In this document: positions 26,602-39,130 of the stretch, piece by piece
Layout: the number at the start of each line of letters is the position of its first letter
How positions within the stretch are numbered: position 1 is the first letter of the stretch
Source: Mobula hypostoma
Taxonomy: Eukaryota
Assembly (NCBI RefSeq): GCF_963921235.1
Contig: NC_086097.1
Location: 35,590,001-35,654,000, forward strand
Length of the DNA: 64,000 bases
Direction: 5' to 3'
The notes under the pieces: model-generated
Databases searched by the model: none
What the model was told of the DNA's origin: nothing
What the model saw: only the letters and a program-made list of their open reading frames with translations
Translations under genes and position numbers: made by a program

Positions 26602-27587
26602 ACAATATATATTAATGACTTGGATGAGGGAATTAAATGCAGCATTTCCAAGTTTGCGGATGACACGAAGCTGGGCGGCAGTGTTAGCTGTGAGGAGGAT
26701 GCTAAGAGGATGCAGGGTGACTTGGATAGGTCAGGTGAGTGGGCAAATTCATGGCAGATGCAATTTAATGTGGATAAATGTGAAGTTATCCACTTTGGTG
26801 GCAAAAACAGGAAAACAGATTATTATCTGAATGGTGGCCGATTAGGAAAAGGGGAGGTGCAACGAGACCTGGGTGTCATTATACGCCAGTCATTGAAAGT
26901 GGGCATGCAGGTACAGCAGGCGGTGAAAAAGGCGAATGGTATGCTGGCATTTATAGCGAGAGGATTCGAGTACAGGAGCAGGGAGGTACTACTGCAGTTG
27001 TACAAGGCCTTGGTGAGACCACACCTGGAGTATTGTGTGCAGTTTTGGTCCCCTAATCTGAGGAAAGACATTCTTGCCGTAGAGGGAGTACAAAGAAGTT
27101 TCACCAGATTGATTCCTGGGATGGCAGGACTTTCATATGAAGAAAGACTGGATCAACTAGGCTTATACTCGTTGGAATTTAGAAGATTGAGGGGGGGATC
27201 TTATTGAAACGTGTAAAATCCTAAAGGGATTGGACAGGCTAGATGCCGGAAGATTGTTCCCAATGTTGGGGAAGTCCAGAACGAGGGGTCACAGTTTGAG
27301 GATAAAGGGGAAGCCTTTTAGGACCGAGATGAGGAAAAACTTCTTCACACAGAGACTGGTGAATCTGTGGAATTCTCTGCCACAGGAAACAGTTGAGGCC
27401 AATTCATTGGCTATATTTAAGAGGGAGTTAGATATGGCCCTTGTGGCTATAGGGATCAGTGGGTATGGAGGGAAGGCAGGTACAGGGTTCTGAGTTGGAT
27501 GATCAGCCATGATCATACTGAATGGCGGTGCAGGCTCGAAGGGCCGAATGGCCTACTCCTGCACCTATTTTCTATGTTTCTATGTTT
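26602..27587 (+). mobile_element. Young 5'-truncated CR1 inserted into the RTE ORF
   Basis: SKFADDTKLGG, RPHLEYCVQFWSP; (TTTCTATG)n tail; GTTT repeated at both junctions; removal restores RTE frame NTTKL|KLRCKYR. Confidence 0.95.
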
Positions 27588-28592
27588 CAATTTGGTGGTG
27601 TTCAGCTTTTCGGGTGGTTTGGCAGCATTCAGTCTGCGTGGAGGTTTGATCGATAGACATCGATCCGACACACCACTTGATGATCAGTGGAGCACTCAGC
27701 TCCACGCTTAACTCTGGTGATACGAATGTCAGCGATGTCTCGTTGTCGGGTGATGACATAGTCAATGAGATGCCAGCTTTTAGATCATGGATGCATCCAT
27801 GTGCATCTGAGCTTGTCTGGCAATCTGAACAGTGTGCTAGTAATGCACAGTTTGAATTCTGTGCGCATTGACAGGAGCAGCAGACCGTTACCGTTACTGT
27901 TGCCAACCCCTTGGTGTCCAATCACACCAAGCCACACAGTGGACTCCTTGCCAACCCGAGCATTAAAGTCTCCCAGCAACAGCAGCTTATCGGAAGTTGC
28001 CACGCTACTGATGGTGGTTTTCAGCTCACTGCAGAATGCTTCCTTGACTTCACTGGGATTAGTCAGAGTTGAGGCGTAAATGTTGACTATGGTGAGGTGG
28101 CGTTTTCCTTGCAGAGGTGTACGCAAGGTCTGGATACAGTCATTTACAGCAACAAGCAGGGTTGGTAGCTTTGCTGCAAGGCAGTTCTTGATAGCCAAGC
28201 GCACACCAGATTCTCTTCATTCTTCTTCAGGCCTGCCAGACCAAAAGAATGTGTACCCTCCTTTCTCTTCACGAAGCGCGCCCTCTCCAGTGAGTCGGGA
28301 CTCCTGGAGAGCCGCAATGTCCACTCTGTAGTCCGTGAGCACACGAGCAACAAGTGCAATGCGTCTCTCTGGGCGATCTGAGTTAGCATTGTCCAACAGA
28401 GTTCGTATGTTCCATGAGGCGAAGGTCAGATTCTGCTTGTGATTCTTACCGCCTGAGTTGGACGACACGCCGGCCGCGGCTGACTGGCCAGGTTGGTTTG
28501 AGCAGGCTTTGTTTGAGCCACCTTTTCTAGGCCCTCCCCTAATTATAGGGTGAGCAGTGCCTCCCTAAACAGGACTGCTCAGACGCAGAGGG

Positions 28593-28949
28593 TGCTGCCT
28601 CACCGGATCTCCGCTCTGTGATCCGCGTGCGGCCACTCTCCCCTGCTGCCTCACCGGATCTCTGCTCTGTAATCCGCGTGCGGCCACTCTCCCCCGCTGC
28701 CTCACCGGATCTCCGCTCTGTAATCCACGTGCGGCCACTCTCCCCCACTGCCTCACCGGATCTCCGCTCTGTAATCCATGTGTGACCACTCTCCCCTGCT
28801 GCCTCACCGGATCTCTGCTCTGTAATCCACGTGTGGCCACTCTCCCCTGCTGCCTCACTGGATCTCTGCTCTGTAATCCACGTGTGGCCACTCTCCCCCG
28901 CTGCCTCACCGGATCTCCGCTCTGTAATCCATGTGTGGCCACTCTCCCC
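28593..28949. repeat. Minisatellite, 7 x 51 bp, in the RTE 5' UTR
   Basis: Unit ~tgctgcctcaccggatctccgctctgtaatccacgtgtggccactctcccc starting at 28593, 28644, 28695, 28746, 28797, 28848 and 28899. Confidence 0.95.
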
Positions 28950-29839
28950 CTGCCGCCTGCATGCAGACCTGTGACTACGGCTCCCAGCTGGTCAAGCCTA
29001 CCGCTTCACCACTTGTCCGTCGCTACAGGACTTGGGTGTGTTGAGGATACCCCACTCCTCAGAAAGGAACAGCGTGTGCATGAGTGGATTTTAGGTGAGT
29101 AGGGGGTTGCACAGGTCCAGACCCACCCTCTCGACATCCCCTCCCGGATCCAGCGGCATGGTGGGGTCCAAGACGGCTGGAGGAAGTTCTGTTGCAGTGA
29201 ACGGCCAGACCAAGCTTCGATGCAAGGGATGCCCTTTCCGCGCTTCACGGCACGTGTTTGCCAGATGGCCGTTGACCCTACGAGAGGGTTCATCCACCCT
29301 TTGACAGATCTTGTTTTTCATCCTGCAGGGTGTCTAGCCACCCTCCTCACCAGGCAAGCCTGGTGGGGGAGCCGGTTTAGTCGCCGACCACTGGACTATG
29401 TGACAGGTAGTACTGGGTTACATGGTACCAGTAGCACTCAGACGAGTGACCTGACTATTCTGTATATATCACCCTACACAATCCTGAGATTTATATTCTT
29501 GTGGGCATACTCAGCAAATCAATAGAATAGTAACTATAATAGGATCAATGAAAGATCAATCAGAGTGCAGAACACAGCGAACAGTGCAAATGCAAATATA
29601 AATAACGAGAACATGAGATAATGAGACAAAGAGTCCTCAGAGTGAGATCATTGGTTGTGGGAACATTTCAATGATGGGGCACGTGAGTGTAGTTATCCAC
29701 TTTTATTCACGCGCCTGATGATTGAACTTGTACTTATGAGGAGATTATTCACAGTTGAGCTTCAAAGCATTCCAATTACAATTAAACCACTTACAAAGTT
29801 GAAACGGTGATCAGGAGCAGCTTGTACTCCTTGCCGTAG

Positions 29840-29965
29840 CCCCACCTTCTTGTTCTGCCTGCTTCACCCTTCCTGTCCAGTCCTGGTGAAGGATCTTGGC
29901 CCAAAATGTCGACCGTTAACTCCTCTCCATCGATACTGCCTGACATGAGTTCTTACTGTTTTGTC
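29840..29965 (+). mobile_element. Penelope-like terminal fragment
   Basis: ccagtcctggtgaaggatcttggcccaaaatgtcgac...gatactgcctgac. Confidence 0.7.
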
Positions 29966-30224
29966 TGGTGATCTATTTACAGTATCGGTGTTTTATGGTG
30001 TGATTTTATGTTTGTATTTGTGTCTTTAAGAGTAATTTAAATTAACTGTTCTGTTCATAACTTTTCCAATCAGTTCTTGTTTTTGTGAGTTTAAATGCCT
30101 CAGCTTCTTTGGATCAATTTTAATCAGAAATATCACTGTGACAGCTAAACAAAGGCCGTGCTTACAGCAGAAGGTCAGAAGCTGGGTACTTTGCCAGAAG
30201 CAGCAGATTTTCATTTATTTACTG

Positions 30225-30487
30225 TGATACAGTGTGCAGTAGCCCCTTCCAGCCCTTCGTTCCGTGCCTCCCAGCAACCCCCAGTTTAACCCCCTAGCCT
30301 AATCACAGGACAATTAGCTTACTAACTGGTACGTCTTTAGCTTGTTGGAGGAAACCAGAGCACCCAAAGAAAACCCACATGGTCATGGGGAGAACATACA
30401 AACCTGTTACAGGCTGCAGCGAGAAGTGAACCAGCATCACTGGTACTGCAAAGTGTTCTGCTAACTGCGACGCTACCGTGCCACCCA
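30225..30487 (-). mobile_element. tRNA-derived V-SINE (HE1-like)
   Basis: Minus strand ggtggcacggtagc (box A) ... ggttcact (box B-like) ... gtttgtatgttctcccc ... ggtttcctcc (V-domain-like). Confidence 0.75.
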
Positions 30488-32241
30488 CAATTTCCCAACT
30501 TTACAGAGCTTCTTATCGGGTGTTATGTGGGACACTCTCCATTTGAAGGGTCAGTGAGGTTCATAATGTGGTATGCCCTCCACTTAAAGAAACAGTGACA
30601 TTCATAATGGGATGCCGCTTAAAGCGGTAGACATTCTAACAACATTTTAAAAGATTGCCAGCATTCAGAATGGACCAAGTTTATCTGTCATCCTCCCTAA
30701 TCATTAAAAAAAAACAACCACTCCCTCTATGACTATGGCATTGTTATCTGCTACACTACGCACTGAAGTAACTTCCTATCGCTTCTTTGGTAGAACCACC
30801 CCACCTAGAAATAATGCGACAATATACACTGCCAGCTTGAATTTTCCCTCCAAGTCTAATTATATCCTGATCTGGAAATAAGTTGACATTCTTTTTTTGC
30901 ATCTGGAACTCCTGGCCAAACAGCACCAAAGAAGTGCATTCACCATACAGATTGCTGTGGATCAAGAAGGCAGTTCTACACCATGTTCTCAAGGGTACCT
31001 TAGTTATGCAGTGTAACTGTATTCACATCTTACAAAAGGATGGTGGTAATAAAGCAGAACCTTGCTCTACAAACATATGACTAATCAATTTATTTTCATT
31101 TGGAAGAACATAAATCACATTATGGATAATTCTATAATTACCTAAACAATCCTTTACGTGCATCAACAAAGTACAACCAATGATAATTCATTTCCTCAAA
31201 ATCTAAAGCAGCAACCTTCAGTGAACTTTTTAGCTGCTGAATTATTACTGCAGGCATTTTGTTAAGAATAGATTTTCAATCAAAATATTTAAGTTAGCAA
31301 TTGTATTATTTTATGGTATTTAAGGAAAGATGTTATAGGTGACTGCTGACTGGCAATTTATTCAATGGCATCTGGAATTACTATCTAACCTCCTATGTAT
31401 CAAGGACACTTATGTAACAACCAAACTGCTTCAGCACATTCCTAATTTTTTGATTTTCTATGGAAGGAGTAGGCTCGCCAGCCATGGCTAAGTAAAGCGT
31501 CTGGCCTCCCGCCTAGGATCTTGCTTGGAATGATATGATCCAGTGGCCAGGCCATGAATCACTGACATTATTTTATGCCAGTGGAAGTGTCTTTGCATAA
31601 TTCCGTATTACATTCAATTCCTTTGGGAAACACTCACTGGAATCCATCCAAGGCAATAGGAGGTTTAGCAAACAAGCATGGGATGAATACAAGCAGCTTC
31701 TGGGAATTTTCTGCGCTGTTAACATAAGAAGTAAAGTAAAATATTAGGTTAATATCACAGGACCAGCATCTTTAATAAACTGAGCGAAAGTACTATCCTA
31801 TATCTATTTAACAAACTATTTGTGTCATGACAGGCCCTATGGCTATTGCACTGCTTTGCCATATGAATGGCTAATGAATCAACAGTTTATAGCACTAGCT
31901 GTGTGGATTTTTAAAATACTTCCTGTATTGTTCCATGTTCAGAAAACCAATTAAAAATAACATAATATTTCTTTAAATACAGCAAGTTTCATTTCTATCA
32001 CACATAATCTGAAGTGAAGGTTAACCCTGGTGCTCACAATCACCAGGAGTGATCCACCTTACATTCATATTTAAAAGCAGGCAACCAACTCTGCACAAGG
32101 AACGCTTGCAATTGTTTCCAACATCGGCCTCTGAATATTTGACATTTCCCATGTCACGTGGTTCTGATAAAATATCAGAGAAAGAAACACCATACTAACA
32201 GAAACTTGCATATACAACTGCCATGCTGAATTCTTTCCAAT

Positions 32242-32720
32242 TTAGATTAGATTATGAAGACACGTAGTCCTCTTTTATTGTCATTTAGTAATGCATGCAT
32301 TAAGAAATGATACAATTTTTCCTCCGGTGTGATATCACAAAACACAGGACAGACCAAGACTGAAAAAACTAACAAAACTAGATAATTACAACAGTGCAAC
32401 AATACCATAACTTGATGAAGAAGTCCATGAGCACAGTAAAAAGTTCAAAGTCTCTCAAATCTCCCACATCTCACGCAGACGGGAGAAGGAAGAAAAACTC
32501 TCCCTGCCATGCCCGACCACAGTCCGACTCTGAGTCATCCGAAAACTTCGAGCCTCCGATCAGCTCTCCGACAGCGAGAACTGAGTGCCATCTCTATCCA
32601 AACGATTCAAACTCAATCTCAGTTGCCAACAGCAGGCAAAGCCCGGGATTTTGAGGCCTTCCCTCCGAAAGATTCCCGATCGCATAGTAACAACAGCAGC
32701 GAACTGGCGTTTCAGAAATA
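32242..32720 (-). mobile_element. Retroposon 3' portion with (TCTAA)n tail, same family as 56225-56920
   Basis: ttagattagattatgaagacac... and ~450 bp of similarity to the 56.2-kb copy. Confidence 0.75.
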
Positions 32721-34074
32721 TTATCGGGAGAAATCAATAATTAGTCATAAAAAGTAATGCTATTTGAATATAAACCAATTCACAGAGCAAGGCTGTGCCA
32801 ATGTAATGGTGTCATCTTGATTTGTGCTCATAGCAGTTACACCAGAATGAATCAGTGGTTTCTTCCACATTTGGCTGCCCCTGAGAAAGGCTTATTAGTC
32901 TGAGTGGGCAGGTACAGATGCCACAATAGCAGTTAAAACTTAGTAGTTATTCTCAATGGACACATAACATCTAGTCTTGTTGTCCTCCAAGAGAATGTTG
33001 ATTTGGACATTACAAAATATGAGAGATGAATCTTCATTTTATAGTGTTTTTAACATAATCTTTCCAAGTACATTTCAGCCAATGAAGTACTTCTGAAATA
33101 TGGTTACTGTTTTAATGCAGGAAACACTTATCTGTTGTATTGTTTCTGCTTGTAGATGTTGACCTTGATAAATTGGCCTGTGTGAGATGACTGAAGGGTT
33201 TGTTTATACTGGCCAGTTGACAGATCTGAACCTGTGAAACAACAGGGTTTTGGTTCCAAATTGATTCCCGTTCTATTGTTGAAGGCAGTGGCATCAGCAC
33301 CTCTGATGTTTTACCTAGTGATTCAAAGTATAATGGATCACTGCCTGGGTGGTCGTATTTGTGCTGCTTGACCCAGGACTTGGGATTTGAATGAAGACTT
33401 TGCTTGGTAAATGAGGCATCATCCAACAGCTCATTTAAATATGCCCATCCTTTCCACTGTGAAGAGTGGCAATCTACAGAAGCACTGCTTAAAAAATGTA
33501 CCAACATATGAAACTCTATTCATTAGCAGCATCATTAATCAAATTCTACCTCCCACACAGTGTTTTGTCTCGACACATTCATAGCTAATGCCTCAATGTT
33601 AGAAAAACACCATTTACAGGACTGCAATTTTTTTTTTAACATAAGGGTTCTGACATTATGACACAACGGCAAACTAATGTACTGAAAGGAATGTCCCAGG
33701 TTGAAGACTTTATTTTTCCAGAAGCACAGAACAATGAACAATCTCCACATTGTCTACCAGTGCAGAATAATTTATATCACCTTATGAGTGACAGGTTTCC
33801 AGCCACCCCCACACAATGAACGCTTCCCCTCTCAGTTCCCTGGGCACCCTCACAGCTAAAATTCCTGTCACCAGATCGGACACAAGTGTTCCTAACCTTA
33901 GGAAGTAACACGATATTAACATAACATCACAATGGGACAGTGCCTAGAGGAAGCAAAGCACCAGGTGTGCTGAATTTTTGATTTTACTATACAGCTGAAT
34001 TCAAGATTTAAGAATACGAACCACCTGCATAATTAAAACATAAGGTATTCTGTCTGGTTATGGAGCCCACTAAC

Positions 34075-34600
34075 AGAAACAGAATCAGCTTTATTATCAC
34101 TAACATAAGTCGTGAGATGTGTTGTTTTGCATCAGCAGTACAGTGCAATACATTAAAAATCACCATAAGTCACAATACTAAACAAGAAAAAAATGAAGTA
34201 GTGCAAAACCAGAGAAGCAAACTAGTGAGGTAGAGTTCATGAGATCATGGACCGTTCAGAAATCTGATGGGAGTGGGGAATAATCTGTTCCTAAAATGTT
34301 AAGTGTGTACCTTCAGGCTCCAGTACCTCCTCCCTGATGGTGGTAATGAGAAGAGGGCATGTCCTGGGTGGTGAGGGGGGCTTAATGATGCATGCTGTCT
34401 TTCTGAGGCATCGCCTTTTAAAGATATCCTTGACGGTGGGGAGGCTATTTCCCCATGATGGAGTTGGCTGAGTTTACAACCCTTTGCATCTTTTACCGAT
34501 CCTGTGCATTGGTGTTTCCATTCAGACAGTGATACAAACAATCAGAATGCTCTCTGTGGTACTTCTGGAGAATTTTGTTGGTTTGTGGTGACATTCCAAA
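34075..34600 (-). mobile_element. Rex1/Babar 3' fragment
   Basis: HPGHALFSLPPSGRRYWSLKVHT. Confidence 0.85.
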
Positions 34601-34879
34601 AAAAGGAGCAGTAAGAAGGCTCGATAGTGGCCACTACTGAACATATTTTTATTCACAATGTATGACTGTTATGATAACAATCATTCGCTGACAGAAATAT
34701 ACAATGCCATATGGTGCAGATCACACTGTGGCACACTGGCAGGGCAGATATTGCTGTTGTCTCAAAAGTCTAGTGAGCCAGCTTCAGTCCTAACCTCACT
34801 TGTTGTCTGTGTGGAGTCTGCAAGCTCTCACATTGATCACATGGGTTTGCTCCTACATCCTAATGACATGCTGATTGAG

Positions 34880-35310
34880 AGAACATAGAACTGTGCAGCA
34901 CAGTCCCGGCCCTTTGCCCACAATGTGCCAACTTCTTAACCAATTCCAAAATCAATCTATCCTTTCTGTCCTACACAGCCCATAACCCTTAACTTTTCTT
35001 GCATCTACAGTAGGTGCCCATCTCAGAGTCTGTTAAATACCCATACTGTATCTACCTCTGCCACCAACAATAGAAACCATGCATTTACCACCCCCTGTGT
35101 AAAAAAAGTTTTCTTTGACAACCCTTGTACCTTACTCCAATCTCCTTAAAATTATGTCCTCTTGATTTAGCCATTACACCTCTAACAAGTTACCACTCAT
35201 CCTCCTTTGCTCCAGAAAAAAAACCCTAGCTTGCTGAACCTTTCTCCATAAGGATTGTTCCCTGATCCCAGCAGCATGCTGGTATATCTCCTCTGCAAGT
35301 TCTCTAAAAA
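34880..35310 (-). mobile_element. CR1 3' fragment (old)
   Basis: agaacatagaac tail; CR1 3' motifs. Confidence 0.65.
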
Positions 35311-35339
35311 TAGATTGATTGCTTACTGATTCTTCAGGA

Positions 35340-36423
35340 CTATAACCTTGCACCTAGTGTCAATAAGATGAAAGAACTGATTGTGGACTTCAGGAAAGGT
35401 AAGGTGAAGGAACACGTATCCATCCTCATAGAGGGATTAGAAGTGGAGAGAGTGAACAGCTTCAAGTTCCTGGGGTGTCAAGATCTCTGAGGACCTAACC
35501 TGGTCCTGACATATCGATGTAGTTATAAAGAAGGCAAGATAGTGACTATACTTCATTAGGAGTTTGAAGAGATTTAGTCTGTCAACAAATACACTAAAAA
35601 ACTTCTATAGATGTACCATAGAGACCATTCTGACAGGGTGCATCACTGTCTGGTATGGGGGGGGGGGTGGTGGGGTGCTACCGCACAGGACCGAAAGAAA
35701 CTGCAGAGGTTTGTAATTTTAGTTTGCTCCATCTTGGATAGTAGCATACAAAGTACCCAGGACATCTTCAAAGAGTGGTGTCTCAGAAAGGCAGCGTCCA
35801 TTATTAAGGACCTCCAGCACCCAGGGCATGCCCTTTTCTCACTGTTTCCATCAGGTAGGAGGTACAGAAGCCTGAAGGCACACACTCAGTGATTCAGGAA
35901 CAGCTTCTTCCCCTCTGCCATTTTTTTTTTGTGTGCCATACTCTGCCAGAGCCTCAGAAACCACTTTTTCAAGTGGTTGTCTTGGAGGAAAGATTACGTG
36001 ACTGGTCCCCCACATCCTTCTCACAGCGCAGTTTTGTTTTTTACGAGGCTGAGTTGCGAGCTCGACACTCAACCCGGCACGGATGGAAAGCGTGCCCGGG
36101 AGCGGCCCAACGGGGTTCGAACTCGGGAACCTTTGCTCCGGAGTCCAGCACTGATGTCACTGCACCTCCAGCCGGCCCCTCTGCCATCCAATTCCTAAAT
36201 GGACATTGAACCCACGGACACTGCTTCACTTTTTTAATATTTATTATTTCCGTTTTTTGCATGATTTTTAATCTATTCAATATATATGTATACTGTAATT
36301 GATTTACTTATTTTTTTCTCTTCTATATTATGTATTGCATTGAACTGCTGCTGCTAAGTTAACAGATTTCCCAACACATGCCGGTGATAATAAACCTGAT
36401 TCTGATTTTGATTCTGATTCTGA
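35340..36423 (+). mobile_element. Rex1/Babar 3' fragment interrupted by a SINE
   Basis: KMKELIVDFRKG, QHPGHALFSLFPSGRRYRSLKAHTQ; (TTCTGA)n tail. Confidence 0.9.
35922..36175 (-). mobile_element. tRNA-derived SINE with poly(A) tail
   Basis: Exact 12-bp TSD cccctctgccat (35910-35921, 36176-36187); box B GAGTTCGAACC on -; T-run on +. Confidence 0.9.
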
Positions 36424-36959
36424 AGATGGATTCTTGATCTCACAATCTACCTTGTTAAGATTTTGCATCTTATTGTCTAACCCCCAACTGCACTTTCTCT
36501 GTAGCTATTACACTGAGTTCTACATCTATTCAAGTTTTACTTTGCACTACCTCAATGCACCATGTAATGAATTGATCTATATGAACAGTATGCAAGACAG
36601 GCTTTTCATTGTACCTCAGTATACAGCACGTGACAATAATAAACCAGCCCAATCCAAATAGAAACTAGGCTTGCCCATTTCATCATTCAATAAGAACATT
36701 GCGGATCCAACTTTCCCCTCAACCAATGTATCCACTCTGTCCACATAGAAGTCATTTCATTTACTGATTAAAATTCTATCTCAGCTTTGAATGTATCCAA
36801 GGATTCAATCTTAACTGCCTTCTGAGAAAGTTGACTCCCAAGACTGCGCTTCCATTTCTGGAGGTCATAGTTTTCAAAAAATGTTACACGTTTTCAGTAT
36901 TTGCCCTCTGGTTCTAGAACCCCCCCCCCCCATGGGGGAAATATCCTGTAATTATTATT

Positions 36960-37747
36960 CCAAATCCGAATCAGGCTTATTATCACTAAAATTTGTTGTG
37001 AAATTTGTTACTTTGCAGCAGCAGTACAATGCAATACATGTAACAGTGAGAAAAGGGCATGCCCTGGACACTGGCTTTCTGAGACACCGCTCCCTAAAGA
37101 TGACCTTGATACTTTGTAGGCTCGTGTCCAAGATGGAGCTGACTAGATTTACAACCTTTTGCAGCTTCTTTTGGTCCTGTGCAGTAGCCCCTCCATACCA
37201 GACAGTCATGCAGCCTGTCAGAATGCTCTCCACAGTACAACTATAGAAGTTTTTGAGTGTATTTGTTGACATGCCAAATCTCTTCAAACTCCTAGTAAAG
37301 TATAGCCACTGTCTTGCCTTCTTTATAACTACATTGATATGTTGGGACCAGGTTAGATCCTCAGAGATCTTGACACCCAGGAACTTGAAACTGTTCACTC
37401 TCTCCACTTCTGATCCCTCTATGAGGATTGGTATGTGTTCCTTCGTCTTACCCTTCCTGAAGTCCACAATCAGCTCTTTCATCTTACTGACATTGAGTGC
37501 CAGGTTGTTGCTGTGGCACCATTCCACTAGTTGGCATATCTCACTCCTGCACGCCCTATGGTCACCACCTGAGATTCTGCCAACAATGGTTGTATCGTCA
37601 GCAAATTTATAGATGATATTTGAGTTATGCCTAGCCACATAGTCATGTGTATGTAGGGAGTAGAGCAGTGGGCTAAGCACACACCCCTGAGGTGCACCAG
37701 TGTTGATCATCAGCGAGGAGGATATGTTATCACCAATCCGCACAGAC
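36960..37747 (-). mobile_element. Rex1/Babar RT fragment (262-aa open stretch, internally deleted 3' end)
   Basis: GAPQGCVLSPLLYSL, YKFADDTTIVGRI, FYSCTVESILTGCMTVWYG. Confidence 0.95.
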
Positions 37748-37749
37748 TA

Positions 37750-37885
37750 TGAAACATTACACATACTATGCAAGATTACGCAGACTATACATTACACAGA
37801 GTATGCAACGTTACACAGGCTATACAAGATTACACAGGCTAGACAAGATTACACAGGCTATGCAACATTGTCTAACACATTACAA
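37750..37885. repeat. Degenerate ~18-20 bp tandem repeat
   Basis: Recurring attacacaggctatgcaag-like units. Confidence 0.6.
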
Positions 37886-38374
37886 GATGAAGGAGTGTAA
37901 CTACCACTTTATGGCTATGCTGTAATTTCACCCTTTTACAGAGAATCCCTTTGTTCTTCCAGTGCTCTTCTTTACCCTTTCTGCTACTTGAAGTAACTTG
38001 ATTCTCTCTTTCTTAGTTCTGATGAGGGGTTGTGGACAAGAAATATTAAAATATTAATAGTTGTTTCTTTCCACAGATGCTTTGGATCTTCTAGCATTTT
38101 GCAATTTTATTTCAGATTTCCATCATCTGATTTTCAATACCAGGGCTGCAAGAGTAGGTGAGAAGCCATGTATCCTCTGTGAGTAACCCTTGTCCCAGCA
38201 CCCCAAAGTCTTTCCATCATATACAAAGTGCAAATCAGGAGTATTAAGGAATACTGTCCGAGTTGTGTGCAGCTCAAACAACCTTCAGGAAGCTTAACAG
38301 CATCCAGAACAAAGCAACCAGTTTGATTGGCATCCCATTCACCAGTCTAAATGTGCATTCCTTCATTGATCTGT

Positions 38375-39130
38375 AGGTTCAAGATTCAGGTTTATTTATC
38401 AAATCTACATCAAAGCACAGTGAAATGTGTAATTTGTGTTAGCAACAACTCACCCAAGTATGTGCCGGGGATAGCCTGAAAGTGTCGCCATACATTCTGG
38501 TGCCAAATTAACATGCCCACAATGCTTGGCAGAATGCCACAGAACACCACAGAACCAAACACTACAAATGACAAAACAACAACAGCAAACCAGGTCTCAT
38601 TCCTCCCTCCTACTCAGCCACCGATACACATAGCCAGTCATCCAGCCCCAGGATTGGCTGCCTTTGGCTTCCAGTCTCCAGCAGACTCAGACTTGGACTC
38701 ACAGACACTGAGCCTTTGACTTCCCCAGCGGACTCTCAGAAATTCGCAGACATTGTGCCTTCAATGTCCCCAGCAGACTCACAGATCTTTTCAGACATTG
38801 GGCCTTCAACTTCCCCATCAGACTAGCAGAAATTTGCAGACCTTGGGCCTTTGACTTCCCCAAAAGACTCACAGAGATTCGCAGACTTGGGGCTCCGGCC
38901 ATCAGGTCTTGACTTCTGGACTTCTAATCAAGCTTTGGACTTCAATCTGGACTTCTGATTGACTTTCGGGCTTTAATCTGGGCTTCCTATCAACCTTCAG
39001 CTTTGACCTAAATTTCTAATCAACTTTCGGGTTACGATCTGGACTTTCAATCAACCTTTAGGCTTCAATCCTTGGTATCAAGCCCAGGACCCAATGATCA
39101 CTGAACACTAGGCCTTGAATTATGGACTCA
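38375..39130 (-). mobile_element. Retroposon 3' UTR with internal tandem repeats (~50-bp units at 38690-38890; ~30-bp units at 38905-39070)
   Basis: ggttcaagattcaggtttattt tail on +; repeated gcctttgacttccccagcagactc units. Confidence 0.55.

Larger units (their letters stand above)
24211..29455 (-). mobile_element. Full-length RTE-clade LINE (APE endonuclease, RT, C-terminal C2H2-like motif), frameshifted; inserted in a Rex1 tail
   Basis: LTFASWNIRTLLD...ERRIALVAR, LLLLGDFNARVG, FVDLTKAFDTV, VKQGCVL, QFADD, CQVCGKQCLSRVGLYSHSRTH; (GA)n tail; imperfect TSD catactgtat / tattctgtat; Rex1 tail on both flanks. Confidence 0.95.

Noticed and set aside
28593..28949. CRISPR-like array or repetitive protein gene
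   Set aside because: Contiguous tandem units without unique spacers, in vertebrate DNA; open frames follow from the 51-bp period
36100..36175. tRNA genes (also ~11130-11202 and ~30420-30487)
   Set aside because: Box A/B motifs are SINE heads followed by SINE core and tail; no proper cloverleaf evident
36955..37743. Functional reverse transcriptase gene
   Set aside because: Truncated Rex1 fragment lacking the N-terminal RT motifs and the endonuclease
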